Assembly (NCBI GenBank): GCA_918797485.1
Contig: CAKKNE010000003.1
Coordinates: forward strand, 496,001-560,000
Length of the DNA stretch: 64,000 nucleotides
Origin: Pelagomonas calceolata
Taxonomy: Eukaryota
Direction: 5' to 3'
Each line of letters opens with the position of its first letter. Position 1 is the first letter of the stretch. Made by a program: the position numbers and the translations under genes. The notes under the pieces are model-generated. The model did no database searches. It was not told the DNA's origin and saw nothing but the letters and a program-made list of their open reading frames with translations. Shown here in pieces: positions 11,703 through 22,503 of this stretch.

Positions 11703-12479
11703 ATGCGCGCATTGCTCCTCGTCGCTGCCGCAACCGCGCTCCAAAACGCCAAAGACTACCACGGCGCGTCGTACGACGCGGCCCTCGTCGAGCCGCGGCC
11801 GTCCAAGGCCTGCGGCGGCGGGCTCGGCGTCTTCGCGGTCAGAGAGGTGCCGCCGGGCGCGCGCCTCGCGGAGATCCCCGTCGCGGCCTGCTTGACGGCG
11901 GACGCGGCCCGGGCCGTCCTCGGCGGTGAAGAAGCAGAGAGCTACGCGGCGCAGCGCGAGCTCACGCGGGCGCTGCTCGCGTATTTGAGATTTGGTGGTA
12001 CGAATGAGACGTGCGCCGCCCAGAAGGCCTATGTCGACTCGCTGCCCTGGGACGGCGTCGAAGACGTCAAACTAAAGGACGCGTGGCGGCCGACGATAAT
12101 GAGAATCGCGGACCGGGCCGGCGTCGCTGACGACGACGCAGCTAGAGCCGTCCAGCTGAGCCGGAGCCGCGGCCTGGATCTGGGCACGAGCGCCGAGGAT
12201 GCGGAACGGTTGCACGCGATGGTGCCGTTCCTCGACTTGTTCAACCACCCGTCGCTGGGCGCCCTCGAGGCGTCGGGCGCCCGGGAGCGCGTCGGCAAGG
12301 CGTCCGTCTTCGACTCCTGCGTGAAGTGGTACCTCTCAGACGACCGGACGCGAGTGCTGGTGGACGCGCCGTCGGCGTTCGCGACGCCCGCGTCGCAAGA
12401 GCTGTGGCTCTGGTACGGCTACGACGCCAAGGACCACGGGGCCTTCGTCGAGGCGTACGGCTTCGAGCCCTTCGACTAA
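11703..12479 (+). CDS. SET-domain methyltransferase (LSMT-like)
   Basis: GLGVFA, MVPFLDLFNH, ELWLWYG, YGF; signal peptide. Confidence 0.85.
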   Translation: MRALLLVAAATALQNAKDYHGASYDAALVEPRPSKACGGGLGVFAVREVPPGARLAEIPVAACLTADAARAVLGGEEAESYAAQRELTRALLAYLRFGGTNETCAAQKAYVDSLPWDGVEDVKLKDAWRPTIMRIADRAGVADDDAARAVQLSRSRGLDLGTSAEDAERLHAMVPFLDLFNHPSLGALEASGARERVGKASVFDSCVKWYLSDDRTRVLVDAPSAFATPASQELWLWYGYDAKDHGAFVEAYGFEPFD

Positions 12480-12513
12480 CGATGTTTCTGTCCTGCTTAG
12501 AGCACCCCTTCTG

Positions 12514-13398
12514 TCAGGCGCCGTCGAGCTCGTAATACCCCCCGGTCTGGCCCTCGAGCACGCGAATCTGCGCGGCGCGCTCGGTGGCGCCGCCACCGCG
12601 CGCCGCAAAAGACAAGCTCACGATCAGACGCCGGCCGCCGGAGACTTGCGCGAGCGCCTTCGCGGTGAAAGGCGCGGTGCGGTGCGGCAGCCGGCCGTCG
12701 AAGACGACGGCGTCCCCCCTCGCGTAGTCATACACTCGCGCGAGGTCGCCGGGCGCGGCGTCCCACGGCTCGTACTCGAGCCCGTGCGCCGCGCACCTCT
12801 CACTGGTCATCTGCGGTCCGGATAGCGGCGTGAGGGCCGTGAACGCCGCGCCGCGTCGCGCGCAGGCGCCCCAGTCCAAGTGCCACAGCGACGCCGCGGG
12901 GGCGACGGCCGACGCGACCACGATGAAGCAGGCGGACGTGAGCGTCGGCGGACCGCTGGACGCGCTGCCGCACCGGGCGCCGCGGGGCGGCAGCGCGTCC
13001 AACGGCCCCCGCACTAACCCGGCGAGAGGCCGGAAGAGCGCGAGCGTCCGCGCGTCCGCGGCGTACCACCAGCGGTTGGGCACCTCCGTGGAGGCGCCGA
13101 TGGCAGCGTCCTGGACGCCGAGGAAGGTGGGGCGGTGGTGTTTTCCGGCGAGGTAAACGCGCCGCGCGCCGCTTCCCGTACGACCCGCGCGCAGGGACGG
13201 CGTCTCCCCTATTTCGTTGAGCAGTCGCCGGAGCGGCGCGAGCGTCGTTTGCGCTGCTTTGGCGTGCGCCGCCCACCGCGTCGCGGCGATGCCGCGGTCG
13301 GCGAGCGAGCCTGGTTCGCGCAGGGTCGCGGTCGCGGCGGGCGCCATGGCGCTGCCGGGCGCGACGAGCGCGACGAGCAACACGGTTGCGGCAGCCAT
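12514..13398 (-). CDS. Fe(II)/2OG dioxygenase-like protein
   Basis: WHLDW, GDAVVFDGRLPHRT...RR; signal peptide. Confidence 0.7.
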   Translation of the reverse strand: MAAATVLLVALVAPGSAMAPAATATLREPGSLADRGIAATRWAAHAKAAQTTLAPLRRLLNEIGETPSLRAGRTGSGARRVYLAGKHHRPTFLGVQDAAIGASTEVPNRWWYAADARTLALFRPLAGLVRGPLDALPPRGARCGSASSGPPTLTSACFIVVASAVAPAASLWHLDWGACARRGAAFTALTPLSGPQMTSERCAAHGLEYEPWDAAPGDLARVYDYARGDAVVFDGRLPHRTAPFTAKALAQVSGGRRLIVSLSFAARGGGATERAAQIRVLEGQTGGYYELDGA

Positions 13399-13772
13399 CA
13401 CCCCCGACGTGTGCACGCGCTGTGGCTGGCGTAATGCAGTGCAACGTACAGCTAGTAGACTCCGAGGATCATGTGTGACGCATTTGCACAGGCCAAACTA
13501 GTATTATGTGCACTGAATGCAGCAAGTATCGTCTAGGATGTGCTTCGACTGTGACCGACGCTATTGAGGAAACACTTTGTATTGATCTTGCAGCGCAATC
13601 AAGTGCGTGTGTGTTGCTCTGCCGAAAATAAAAGCTAACTGAAAAGGCACTAGCAACAACACTTCGGCGTCGGCTGGCTACTGGAATGATGAAAGACGCG
13701 GCTCGCGGCCCCGGGCGGTCCTAGCACCGTAACCATAGATCAGGAGTCTATAGGCTAGGCTCCTTAGACGTG

Positions 13773-14552
13773 TCAGCTCGTCGGGTTGAGCTCGGAGAAG
13801 AAGAGCACGAAGGCCATCCTTTTTTCATTCTCGGGCACGGGCCGCGGCCGGTGCACGGCCCGCGCGAGCACGGCCGCGTCGCCCGCTCTGAGCTCGACGG
13901 CCTCGACGTCGGACTCGAACGTCTTCTGGCAGTCGAGCGTGCCGAGGACGTCGCCCCACTCCCCATTTTCGTAGATGCCCTGTACGACGACCGACAGCGG
14001 CACGGGCACGCCGTCGGGGTCGCAGTCGACGTGGCGCTCCATGTCGCGCGGCTGGCCCGGCAGGCCCACGTAATAGTTCACGAAGGCCGCCTCGAGCGGG
14101 AGGGCCCTTTCGAGGTCGCTGCCCAGCCCAAAGGCTTGCGCGATGTTCTGGCGCACTTCCTTCACCAAGGGCTCCCAGAACGACGCGTCCTCGGGCGTCC
14201 AGACGCGCCGCGCGTCGTAATAGATCCGCGAGTTCTTCCACGGTTTATTGAGGTACATGCCGTCGTGGCCGCCTTGGTTCTCGAAGGCCTCCATGGCGCC
14301 TTTCGAGCACTCTTTTATTGTCTTTTCGGATACAAAAGCAGGCATCTTCGCGAAGGTCTTCGTGGACAACGCGTCGACGAGCTCCAAATTATTCCAGTAG
14401 ACGTCCTTCGGGCGGTGGAAGCCGGCGGCGGCGCGGAACTCGTCGACGGCGTCGAGCGTCGCGGTGTTTCGCCTTGTAGTCGGTGGACGCGGTGTCGATG
14501 ATGGTCGCAGCGCGCCGATTGGGAGGATGACGAGCGCGAGGAGGCCTCGCAT
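13773..14552 (-). CDS. Fe(II)/2OG dioxygenase-like protein
   Basis: FVNYY, RHVD, GDAAVLARAVHRP...KRMAFVLFF; signal peptide. Confidence 0.75.
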   Translation of the reverse strand: MRGLLALVILPIGALRPSSTPRPPTTRRNTATLDAVDEFRAAAGFHRPKDVYWNNLELVDALSTKTFAKMPAFVSEKTIKECSKGAMEAFENQGGHDGMYLNKPWKNSRIYYDARRVWTPEDASFWEPLVKEVRQNIAQAFGLGSDLERALPLEAAFVNYYVGLPGQPRDMERHVDCDPDGVPVPLSVVVQGIYENGEWGDVLGTLDCQKTFESDVEAVELRAGDAAVLARAVHRPRPVPENEKRMAFVLFFSELNPTS

Positions 14553-14584
14553 CTTGTCCGTCACGGCTGTCGAGCTTGCTGTTG

Positions 14585-14692
14585 GCTCTTGGAGCTTGGT
14601 TGCCAAGGGTTGCAATCGCAGTGCCTGCTCTTTGGAGCTTGGTTGCCAAGGTTGCAAGGATGCAATCGCAGTTCGTCGCAGTCCACCGCCTG
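14585..14692. repeat. Upstream tandem duplication
   Basis: ttggagcttggttgccaagg...tgcaatcgcagt twice. Confidence 0.7.
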
Positions 14693-14817
14693 CAGCGTTG
14701 TGCGAGTTGGATCAGTTTGTAAGTGTGTCGAGCCTCCACTGCGCCCACCGGTGCGCTGTGCCTTCAATTCGAACTGCTAGGGGCACACGTCGTCACGAGC
14801 TACGAGGCTTGCATGGC

Positions 14818-14837
14818 CTAGTGTCTTACGACGCTAG
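14818..14837. promoter_or_regulatory. CTAG-box upstream motif
   Basis: ctagtgtcttacgacgctag, in a divergent gap. Confidence 0.6.
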
Positions 14838-15122
14838 CTTCAGCAGCCAGGAGGGATAAATTCGGCGATTGGGAGTCTGCATCGTCGCCTGAAGGGAGGC
14901 CTCGGGCGGTGAGTGTAGAAAATGTGGGAGAGGCAGCTCTCCCCTGACAAGAGGCAATGAAACCGAGCCCAAACGAGTAGACGGGGGTGAGTGGTGGCGT
15001 GGTGCCGTGTCCGAGACGAAGGTAATTACCGTCTCGTGGCGACAGGAACGCAAACGTGTGAATTCCTGCAGCTGTCCAGTAAGCACTGAAGCAGGCTGCA
15101 CCTAGCAGTGGGTGATCAAAGG

Positions 15123-16155
15123 ATGAAGCTATCTGCCATGCTCCTACTCACCACAGCAACAACAACCGCACTCGACCACTACGCGCGAACCGTCCCGGCG
15201 GTCGTCGACCGCGTGCGCGCGGCTCAGGTCACGGCGGACGCGTGCGATACGTTCGTGCCGTGCGCCGCGCCCGTGCTGGCGGACGCCGCGGACGCCGACG
15301 CGGCGCTGGCGAGCCTGCGGATGCATGGCTATGCGATCGTCGAAAGTAACGGGCTCGCGGACTCTGGCTTGACGGGGCGCGGGCGCTGACGGCCGACGAC
15401 CAGCTCCAGGGTGTCTGGGGCTCGACCGCTGCTGCGGGAAGGCCTGACACGCTCTACGGCGGCTACGGCGGCCGGACCGCGGTCTACGTCGACATACGCT
15501 GGGATGAGCACGGAAGGACTCTGCCGCGCGACTGCGGGGCAGCGGCGCCGGCCCTCGAGGGCTGCGTTGCCGCGGAGCGCCTCGCGACGCGGCTCCTGGA
15601 CGCGGCGCGCGTGCCGCGCGGCGTCGTCGACGGCCCGGGCGCGGCGCGGCCCGGACGCGCAGACGTCTCGTCGGCGTCGCTGCGCCTCTGCCGCTACGCG
15701 CCGGAAACCGGCGACGACGCCGGCGAGGCGCCATGGTCAACGTGCCGGCCCCACGCCGACGCGGCCTGGCTGGCGCTCGCTCCGATCGGCGACGTGCCGG
15801 GGCTTGCCTTTTACGACGCCGCGCGGGGGGCCTGGGTCGAGCCGGAACGCGGGCGCGAAGCCGTGCCGAAGCATCGCGCCGACCTCGACGCCATCGACGC
15901 GACGGTTGATTTGCACACAGGCGCGAGGGGTCGTTGCTCGTCTGGACCGGGCTCCTGCTCGAGGCGCACGACCCCGCGTACCGTGCAGCGGTGCACATGG
16001 TCCGGCGGGCGGACCGCGAGCGCGTCTCGGCGCCGCTACTGCTCCGGGGCGCGCCCGATTCCCCTGACATGCGGGCGGTCTGGAAGGCGCTCCAGGCCGA
16101 CGACGCCGCGGGCGCGCGGGCGAGCCTGTTAGCGGACCGGGAGCTCGTGTCCTAA
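15123..16155 (+). pseudogene. IPNS-like 2OG-Fe(II) oxygenase with a frameshift near 15362 and a GC-AG intron at 15853-15920
   Basis: LRLCRY, PHAD, GLLLE, YRAAVHMV, RVSAPL motifs. The leader frame stops at 15389 and the coding frame continues as LWLDGARAL in another frame. Confidence 0.65.
15861..15920 (+). mobile_element. Internally deleted introner (GC donor)
   Basis: TSD GCGCGAAG/GCGCGAGG; 3' end TTGATTTGCACACAG; CGCCATCGACGCG core. Confidence 0.75.
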
Positions 16156-16353
16156 GTATCTCTCATGTTGATTGGTCGTAGCGAGCGAGCGGCGACGGCG
16201 TCCGCTCTGGCGCCCACTCTGGCGCCCACCGCGGCACCCACGAAGAGACAATAGTTCCATCAGTTCATAATTAACGGGGGAAACGACGTGACCGGAGACT
16301 GCAGTGTGCACGCCCCGACCCCGCCGCCGGGGGATCCTTTTTCAAGGACGCGT

Positions 16354-16593
16354 CTACTGGCGCGACTTGAGGTACTCCTCGAACGAGGGCGCCTGGGAGA
16401 TCGACTGGCGCTTGTCCGTCTCGTTGACGAAAGGCTCCGGGTCGCGCGTGTCGGCCATGCCGCCGGCGCCGAGCTTGCCGTCCTCGTTCGGGTTCTCGCC
16501 GCGGACGACGACCTTGGAGACCTTGGAGGCGGTCGGGGCCGTGAAGGCGGCGGCGCCGGCGGCGAGGGCAACGAGGACCTTGGCGAACTGCAT
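16354..16593 (-). CDS. Small plastid-targeted protein (79 aa)
   Basis: Bipartite leader with an ASAFAP-like AAA-FTAP site; GAGGMADTRDP...SFEEYLK; strong codon bias. Confidence 0.8.
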   Translation of the reverse strand: MQFAKVLVALAAGAAAFTAPTASKVSKVVVRGENPNEDGKLGAGGMADTRDPEPFVNETDKRQSISQAPSFEEYLKSRQ

Positions 16594-17178
16594 CTTGATT
16601 GTTTTGGAGTTTGTCTGCGGGGGATTGGATGGTGAGTTGCGCGTCGACGTGATGTGGCAATGTGAATGGGCGTTTTTTGCAGGATAACGGCGGGCGGGAG
16701 TGCGGGCGGCGTCCGCGGCGCCACCGGGGCAACAGCTCTCCTCATGCGTGCGCCAGTGGGGCGGCGGCGGCGTGGATTTGCCGTCAGCGACTGACAGCCA
16801 TTTTTGGCCGCAACGATGCGCCGCGGCGGCGCGCGCGCGCTTCAGCGGTGCTCGAGGGGCCCGTTGGACCGCTGCGCTTGTGTGTTGTGCAGCGCGTTGC
16901 TTTACCGACGCGGTTGCGCACTGTGAGTGACTGAATGCGTAGGAGACGCCAGCAGCAACCTAAGCATCCGGCTAGTGGGGGGTCGGAACTGAGGCCATTC
17001 CGCAAGCTTCAGGGACGCCTTCACCCCTGCGGCGACGTTTGGGACCGATCCTGGGCGAAACTGCAGTTCGCCGCCGCGCGGGGCCGCCGTTCGCGCCCGC
17101 GTTTAAAATCCCAGCCCCCACCGCACGCCAGACGACGCGCAACCCACGCCTCGGACCCCAGTGATCACAACACAAAGA

Positions 17179-18170
17179 TTACCCCCCCCCACCACCAGCA
17201 AGCGCCTCTTCCAGCGCCGCGTCCCGCCCGACCACATCTGCCAAACCAGCGAGCGCCTCGGCGAGCCCCGCGCAGTCCCGCCGCACCGCAATCACGTTCG
17301 ACCAGTAGCGCCACTCGTCGTACAAAGGGTGGTAGTGGCGGCCCCACAACGGTAATAAGCATTCGGCCCCGACGCGATAGGCGTCGAAGCCTCGCTCGTC
17401 AAAAAACGCCGCGAGTTTCAGCACGGGCTCCTTCGAGTCCGTCGCTAAGTCCGAGCACTCGACTAATAAACAATCCGTCTGTCGCAGCGTCGCGTCCATG
17501 CCGCGCAGCACAGAACTCTCGTGGCCCTCGACGTCGATCTTCGCGAAGGCTACCCTACCTTTGACTTCATGATCCACGGTCGTCGTGAGGACGTCGAAGG
17601 TGTTCTCATCGTCTGAAGAGGCGATGCCGCCGAAGGGGTTGCCCGGCGTTTCTGCAGCGAAGAACTGGCCCGCCTGCGGGGACGCCATCACGCGAAAAAA
17701 CAACAAGGACGTACCTGGTCCGTGCCCGTCGGCAGGTTGAACGCCACTGTTACATCAGCAACATCACTTGCGGCGCGTTCCACAATAATCACATCATCCT
17801 CAGCCGCGTCACGGAGCAGGGGCAGGTTCGCGGGGTTCGGCTCGAAGGCGATGATGCCTGCGCAGTTAGCACCACCGGCGCAGCGCCGTACTGCGTCTAA
17901 AGTTGCCCCTACGTTCGCGCCGATGTCTAGTCCTAATCCGTTGACACAGTGCTGTGCCACGACGTCCAGCACCTGCTCGCAGTGGGCGTCGCCCCAGAAC
18001 TGCTCGGGGTGCAGCGCGTAGTAGGCCGCTTGACGGCGCGTTTTTTCGTCGCACTCACCAAAGGAGTCGACGAGCTTCAGAGCTTCTCGCGCTCTGACGT
18101 CCGGCGGCAGGCGTTCCGGCGTCTTGGTCGCGGCGGCGGCGTGCAGGGTTATTAGGGTTCGTATTTGCAT
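17179..18170 (-). CDS. FkbM-family methyltransferase; 41-nt intron 17674-17714
   Basis: LDIGANVG, AFEPNP, KIDVEGHE; CAG|GTACGT...CCGCAG|G joins the two ORFs. Confidence 0.85.
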
Positions 18171-18462
18171 TCTCTTGCCTCGCGGACGACTGCTGCTTCG
18201 AGTGCTTGTGCAGCAATGAGCAGCCTGGCAGTGAGAGCACTGCTTATTGCTGCTTTTTTCGATCTGTGCTGAGATTTTTGGCAATAATGCAGAGTTTATC
18301 TTTGGTCAAGACGCCGTGCAGCGCCAATGCAATGCCTGTGCCAAAATGCCTCTGCAAAGTGCTTGCCTCTGGCAAGCAGTGCGGCATGCTAGCCAACTCG
18401 GGCCGTCCACCCCGTCTGCAGGCGCGTTCGATAGATGCCCGAAGGGATCCAAAGGTGTCGAC

Positions 18463-18484
18463 CTAGCGGCTTGTAAGACACTAG
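18463..18484. promoter_or_regulatory. CTAG-box upstream motif
   Basis: ctagcggcttgtaagacactag, in a divergent gap. Confidence 0.6.
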
Positions 18485-18557
18485 GCCTCTGCGCTGGAGT
18501 CACAGGGATCAAGTACGTCTGGGCGCCAAATCGCTGCAGCGAGCGCTCTTATTGACC

Positions 18558-19361
18558 ATGATTAGGCATCTCTTTTGCATTGCGGCAGCCAGCGCATTGC
18601 TCGCGCCGACCGTGCCCCGGGCCGCGCCGGCGGCCCCGCTGTCCATGGGCGTCGAGGTGGGCGGTGGCATCAAAACCGTCTCAGCGACGATCGCCGCCTT
18701 CGAGTCGAACTACCCGAAGCCCGTCGCGACGCTGTGGCGGTCACCGATCAACGACATGCTCCAGACGACGCACTTAAGTGTCGTGAACCAGGATTTCAAG
18801 TACGACGCGTTGTTTGGGTACGGCTTCCTGACGCTCATGGACCTGATCATGGGCACGTACCCGGTCGCCGGCGAGGGCGACAAGATCACGGACGCTCTTA
18901 TTTCTGCCTTAGACTTCGATCCCCAACAAGTTAGGTCGGACAGCGCCGCGATCAAGGCCGCCGTCGAGGGCTCGACGGAGGCCGATTTGTTAGCGGCGGC
19001 AGCGTCGGGAAGTGGAGCGATCGGCTCCTGCGTCGCCGAGATCAAGAGCCGCAGCCCCTACTTCCACACGCGGCCCGGCTCCGTCGGATTGCTGAACATC
19101 ATGGACGCCGTCAACGTGCCGACGGACAAGGCCGGCATCGAGCGGTGGGCGGAGCCCTTCGGCTACCGCACGCGGCCGCTCGAGAACATGTCGGGCCTCC
19201 TCAAGGAGTACCGCGACAAGATAGCCAATGCCATGCAGATGATGAAGGCCATGGAGATCCGCGAGAAAAAACGCATGGCCGATGCATTGGAGGAGAAGGC
19301 CAAGGCCGCCCAGGAGAAGGCCGAAGCCGCTGCCGCGTCGGCCGAGGCCAAGTCGGAGTAG
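18558..19361 (+). CDS. THF1: Thylakoid formation protein THF1/Psb29
   Basis: TVSATIAAF..YPKP...HL...FKYDALFGYG; plastid leader ASA-LLAP. Confidence 0.85.
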   Translation: MIRHLFCIAAASALLAPTVPRAAPAAPLSMGVEVGGGIKTVSATIAAFESNYPKPVATLWRSPINDMLQTTHLSVVNQDFKYDALFGYGFLTLMDLIMGTYPVAGEGDKITDALISALDFDPQQVRSDSAAIKAAVEGSTEADLLAAAASGSGAIGSCVAEIKSRSPYFHTRPGSVGLLNIMDAVNVPTDKAGIERWAEPFGYRTRPLENMSGLLKEYRDKIANAMQMMKAMEIREKKRMADALEEKAKAAQEKAEAAAASAEAKSE

Positions 19362-19539
19362 AGTTGTGGGTAAGGGCGGTGTTAACTAACTAGCCTCGTC
19401 GACGGCGCGGCGGGCATCGCGTCGCGTCGACGGCGTCGGGGTGTACTTCGATTTGCTTTGACCGGTCGGGCAGGTGATATTCATTCGGCAGCAGCAATGG
19501 ACCAGTTTCGCGGAGGGCGCGGCCGTTCAGGAAATCCCG

Positions 19540-19561
19540 CTAGCGTCGTGTAAGACACTAG
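19540..19561. promoter_or_regulatory. CTAG-box upstream motif
   Basis: ctagcgtcgtgtaagacactag, upstream of the DOT1-like gene. Confidence 0.6.
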
Positions 19562-19717
19562 AGCACGCGAAAGTTTTCAAAGCAGCTCGCCACACGCCAC
19601 TGATCGCACGCCGACGACGCGCGCGCAACGCACGGCTGCCCTCGCCCCCGCCGCAACAGCACCAGCACCGAGCAGCTGCACCGAGGGCTGCCCGCGCACA
19701 CTAACACCAAACAACAA

Positions 19718-20764
19718 ATGACGCTCCCCGCCTCGCTGCCCGAGTTCGAGGGCGACCCGGCCCAGCTCTACTTACTTGCTGCTCTCTTGACGCGAGACGG
19801 CGCGATCACAAGGCACGGGCGAGCTTTACTGAAGGAATGTATATTAAGAAGAGATCCGAGACTAACAGCGATCATGAAGGGCTTCCACGATTCAGAAGCG
19901 GACGAGGCCTTCGTGGAGCGGGTGAATGCCTTAGTGGAGTCGGAAGCGTTGGCGTTACATGCCGACGTCTTCGACGAGTGTCCCCTCGAAGTCGCGAAAG
20001 CGTTGTCGAAACGGGAGCGCAGTGCCAAGCAATTGGACGGGGAGAAGTCGCTCATTTATGGCGAGGTGGAGTTCGGCTACTTTGCGCGGGTGTTGAGGAA
20101 AATTGCTCCGAGAAACGGTGGTGTTTTTTATGACCTTGGGTCCGGTTCGGGAAGAGCTTTGGTCATAGCTCGTCTGCTCCATGACTTTGATGTCTGCAAG
20201 GGCATCGAGGTGCTTGAGAACTTAAACGGCGCCGCCCAGATCATCTGCAAAAGGTTCGAGGTCCTGGCTTCGGACGTGCTCGACGCTCGGACCTCGAAGA
20301 AAATCGAAGTCCAGTGCAATTCGATGTTGGATGTGGACTGGTCCGATGGCGACGTCGTCTTCGCGAACTCCACATGCTTCGAAGACGATTTGATGGGGAG
20401 CATGGCGCGGCAGGCGGAACGGCTCAAGCCGGGGACGTATTTCATCACTTTTACCAAAGGCTTGGGCTCCGACGCCTTCGACGTCATCGAGCGCAAGCGC
20501 TACAAGATGAGCTGGGGGCCGGCTACCGTGTTTATTCATGTCAGGAAGAATCTTGACGGTACTTCATATGAAGCGCCGCCGCTGACGAACATCCCGGACG
20601 ACGCGTCGTACCAGTCGGATGACGACGAGGCCGGGTCGCCCCCCTCCTCACCAGGCTCGCCCTACGACGACGACGAGGACGTCGACTTCGAGACCGCGTC
20701 GCACGACACGGTCGACGACGACGAGTTCGAAGGTTTGGAGGACCTCGTCGCGGCGCGTCGCTAA
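19718..20764 (+). CDS. DOT1-like class I methyltransferase
   Basis: LIYGEV, VFYDLGSGSG, GIE, DVVFANSTCF, MSWG. Confidence 0.8.
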   Translation: MTLPASLPEFEGDPAQLYLLAALLTRDGAITRHGRALLKECILRRDPRLTAIMKGFHDSEADEAFVERVNALVESEALALHADVFDECPLEVAKALSKRERSAKQLDGEKSLIYGEVEFGYFARVLRKIAPRNGGVFYDLGSGSGRALVIARLLHDFDVCKGIEVLENLNGAAQIICKRFEVLASDVLDARTSKKIEVQCNSMLDVDWSDGDVVFANSTCFEDDLMGSMARQAERLKPGTYFITFTKGLGSDAFDVIERKRYKMSWGPATVFIHVRKNLDGTSYEAPPLTNIPDDASYQSDDDEAGSPPSSPGSPYDDDEDVDFETASHDTVDDDEFEGLEDLVAARR

Positions 20765-20829
20765 GTAGGTATCACAAAATTTACTGAGCCTTTGAGGACG
20801 GCCGCGAGCCAGTCCGGCGGCGCGCGCCG

Positions 20830-22503
20830 CTAGTCCCTTCCCCGCGCCTCGGCGAGCGAGCGCCGGGCGCGCGGCGGCAGGAGGGCCTCGAGCCGCCTCA
20901 GGACAATGCCGAGCCAGGCCGGCGTGAACTCGAGGCCCTCCCAGAAAGGTATGAAGGAGGCGACGCGGCCGTGGTCGGCGGCCGGCAGCACCAGTTGGCC
21001 GCGCGCCTCCGACAACTCACATATCAACTCGAGGGCTTTTCGCCAGTCGGCGACCGGGCCCCGCGCCAGCAGTTCCGCCGCCGCGGCCGGCGACGACAGC
21101 TTCGTCTTCGGAGGCGGCTCGCTGTTGCCGCACATGTCCGCAGGGAAGGCCCACCAGGCCCAGTGGGACCGCTTCTCGCCGTGGGCCTCGAGTTCCTCGA
21201 CGATGCGCGGCATCAGCGTGGTCTGGCGCTCGACCAGCGCGTGCAGGTGCGGGCACATCACGCCGGCCCGGTCCGCCGCGCCCGGGCTCCACCCCTCGTC
21301 GCCGTTCGCAAGCCGCTCGCGGTACGAGACGGCCGCGGCGCTCCCAGAGGGCCAGACCCCGTCGAACGCGGCGAGCGCCGCGTTCAGGTCAAAGGCCAGC
21401 GGCACGGCCTCGATGCGCGCGCGACCGACGTCCGCACTATATAAAGGTGCGCCGAGCGCCGATGCGACATCTACACAAGCCACGCGCGTCACGAGGCCGC
21501 GCGGATCGTCACGAAAGTTGCCGAGGCCCGCGGCGCCGTTGTTCGCGACGAGGCCGTTCCCGAACCGCTGGAACACGGGCCGGCACGTGTGCGCGCACGC
21601 GAAGACGTCGGCTCGCGCTTCCTCGAACCACCGTTCTATATTTGTGACGTCCGTCGCGTGGTCCGGTCGCGACCCGCCCGGCAGGTGGGCCGCGTCGAAG
21701 GCCCAGCCGTTCGCGCAGGCTGGGTCGCCTGTGTTTTGTGAGTTGTAAATGACCCCTCCTCGACGCCATCGACGCGTGTCAAGTTTGATTTCCACGCTGC
21801 GTAACAAACCGTGGACGCAGCAGACGCGGGCGCCGCCGACGGCGTACGTCTTCGCGAAAGGTAAAGTTGAGAGCCACGCGGCGATGTCCGGATCAGTATA
21901 TACGGTCCGCAGCCTCTGGACAATAGCAGACGCGCGGTCCGCGAAGGCCGCGTCGACGTAGTCCGGGTACGCGCAGCCGCAGCCACCATCGCTATTGAGA
22001 GATTCCCGCTCGACGTTGCCCGCCGTCGCATGTCCTAGCGCCCGCACGCCTTGATTGATACGCGCCCAGGTTTTTGAGGTAGCATTGAAGAAGTTGAAGT
22101 CTCCGTTGAAGCAGACTTCTATTCTAAGTCCGTGTCGTCTTTCTCGTTCCATGCCTTCCTCCAGCGCTTCCAATGCTTTGATGTTGCCGTAGAGGCCGCC
22201 GACCACGTACAGGACGTCGCACGCCGTGTCCTGGGACGCGTCGGCGAGTGTTGTGACTGGCGTGACGTAGTGCGGGCTGCACTCGTCGGCAGCGCGGCAG
22301 GACGACGAGAGTCGTCCCCGGCTCGCTTGCATCGATGGCTGCATCGCCCTGGCTGCGCGACGCGACGACGAGTGCATATCACGTCCCCGGGACGGCGTCG
22401 CAGCGGCAGGCCTGCACCCACCGGCTGCGCGCCACGACGCACGTCGGCTGCGCATGGCAGTGGCAGTACTCCAGCCTGCTGCACTCAGCAGCCGTCGTCG
22501 CAT
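20830..22503 (-). CDS. Calcineurin-like metallophosphoesterase fused to a DUF1810-like domain; in-frame intron 21729-21809
   Basis: GGLYGN, NGDFN, GNVE, VH|GD (after splicing), AHTC; C-terminal ELEAHGEKRSHWAWWAFP. Confidence 0.75.
   Translation of the reverse strand: MRRRLLSAAGWSTATAMRSRRASWRAAGGCRPAAATPSRGRDMHSSSRRAARAMQPSMQASRGRLSSSCRAADECSPHYVTPVTTLADASQDTACDVLYVVGGLYGNIKALEALEEGMERERRHGLRIEVCFNGDFNFFNATSKTWARINQGVRALGHATAGNVERESLNSDGGCGCAYPDYVDAAFADRASAIVQRLRTVYTDPDIAAWLSTLPFAKTYAVGGARVCCVHGLLRSVEIKLDTRRWRRGGVIYNSQNTGDPACANGWAFDAAHLPGGSRPDHATDVTNIERWFEEARADVFACAHTCRPVFQRFGNGLVANNGAAGLGNFRDDPRGLVTRVACVDVASALGAPLYSADVGRARIEAVPLAFDLNAALAAFDGVWPSGSAAAVSYRERLANGDEGWSPGAADRAGVMCPHLHALVERQTTLMPRIVEELEAHGEKRSHWAWWAFPADMCGNSEPPPKTKLSSPAAAAELLARGPVADWRKALELICELSEARGQLVLPAADHGRVASFIPFWEGLEFTPAWLGIVLRRLEALLPPRARRSLAEARGRD

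Noticed and set aside
14855..15065. Possible structured ncRNA (hairpin gagacg...cgtctc)
   Set aside because: No recognisable RNA family; an Rfam search would be needed
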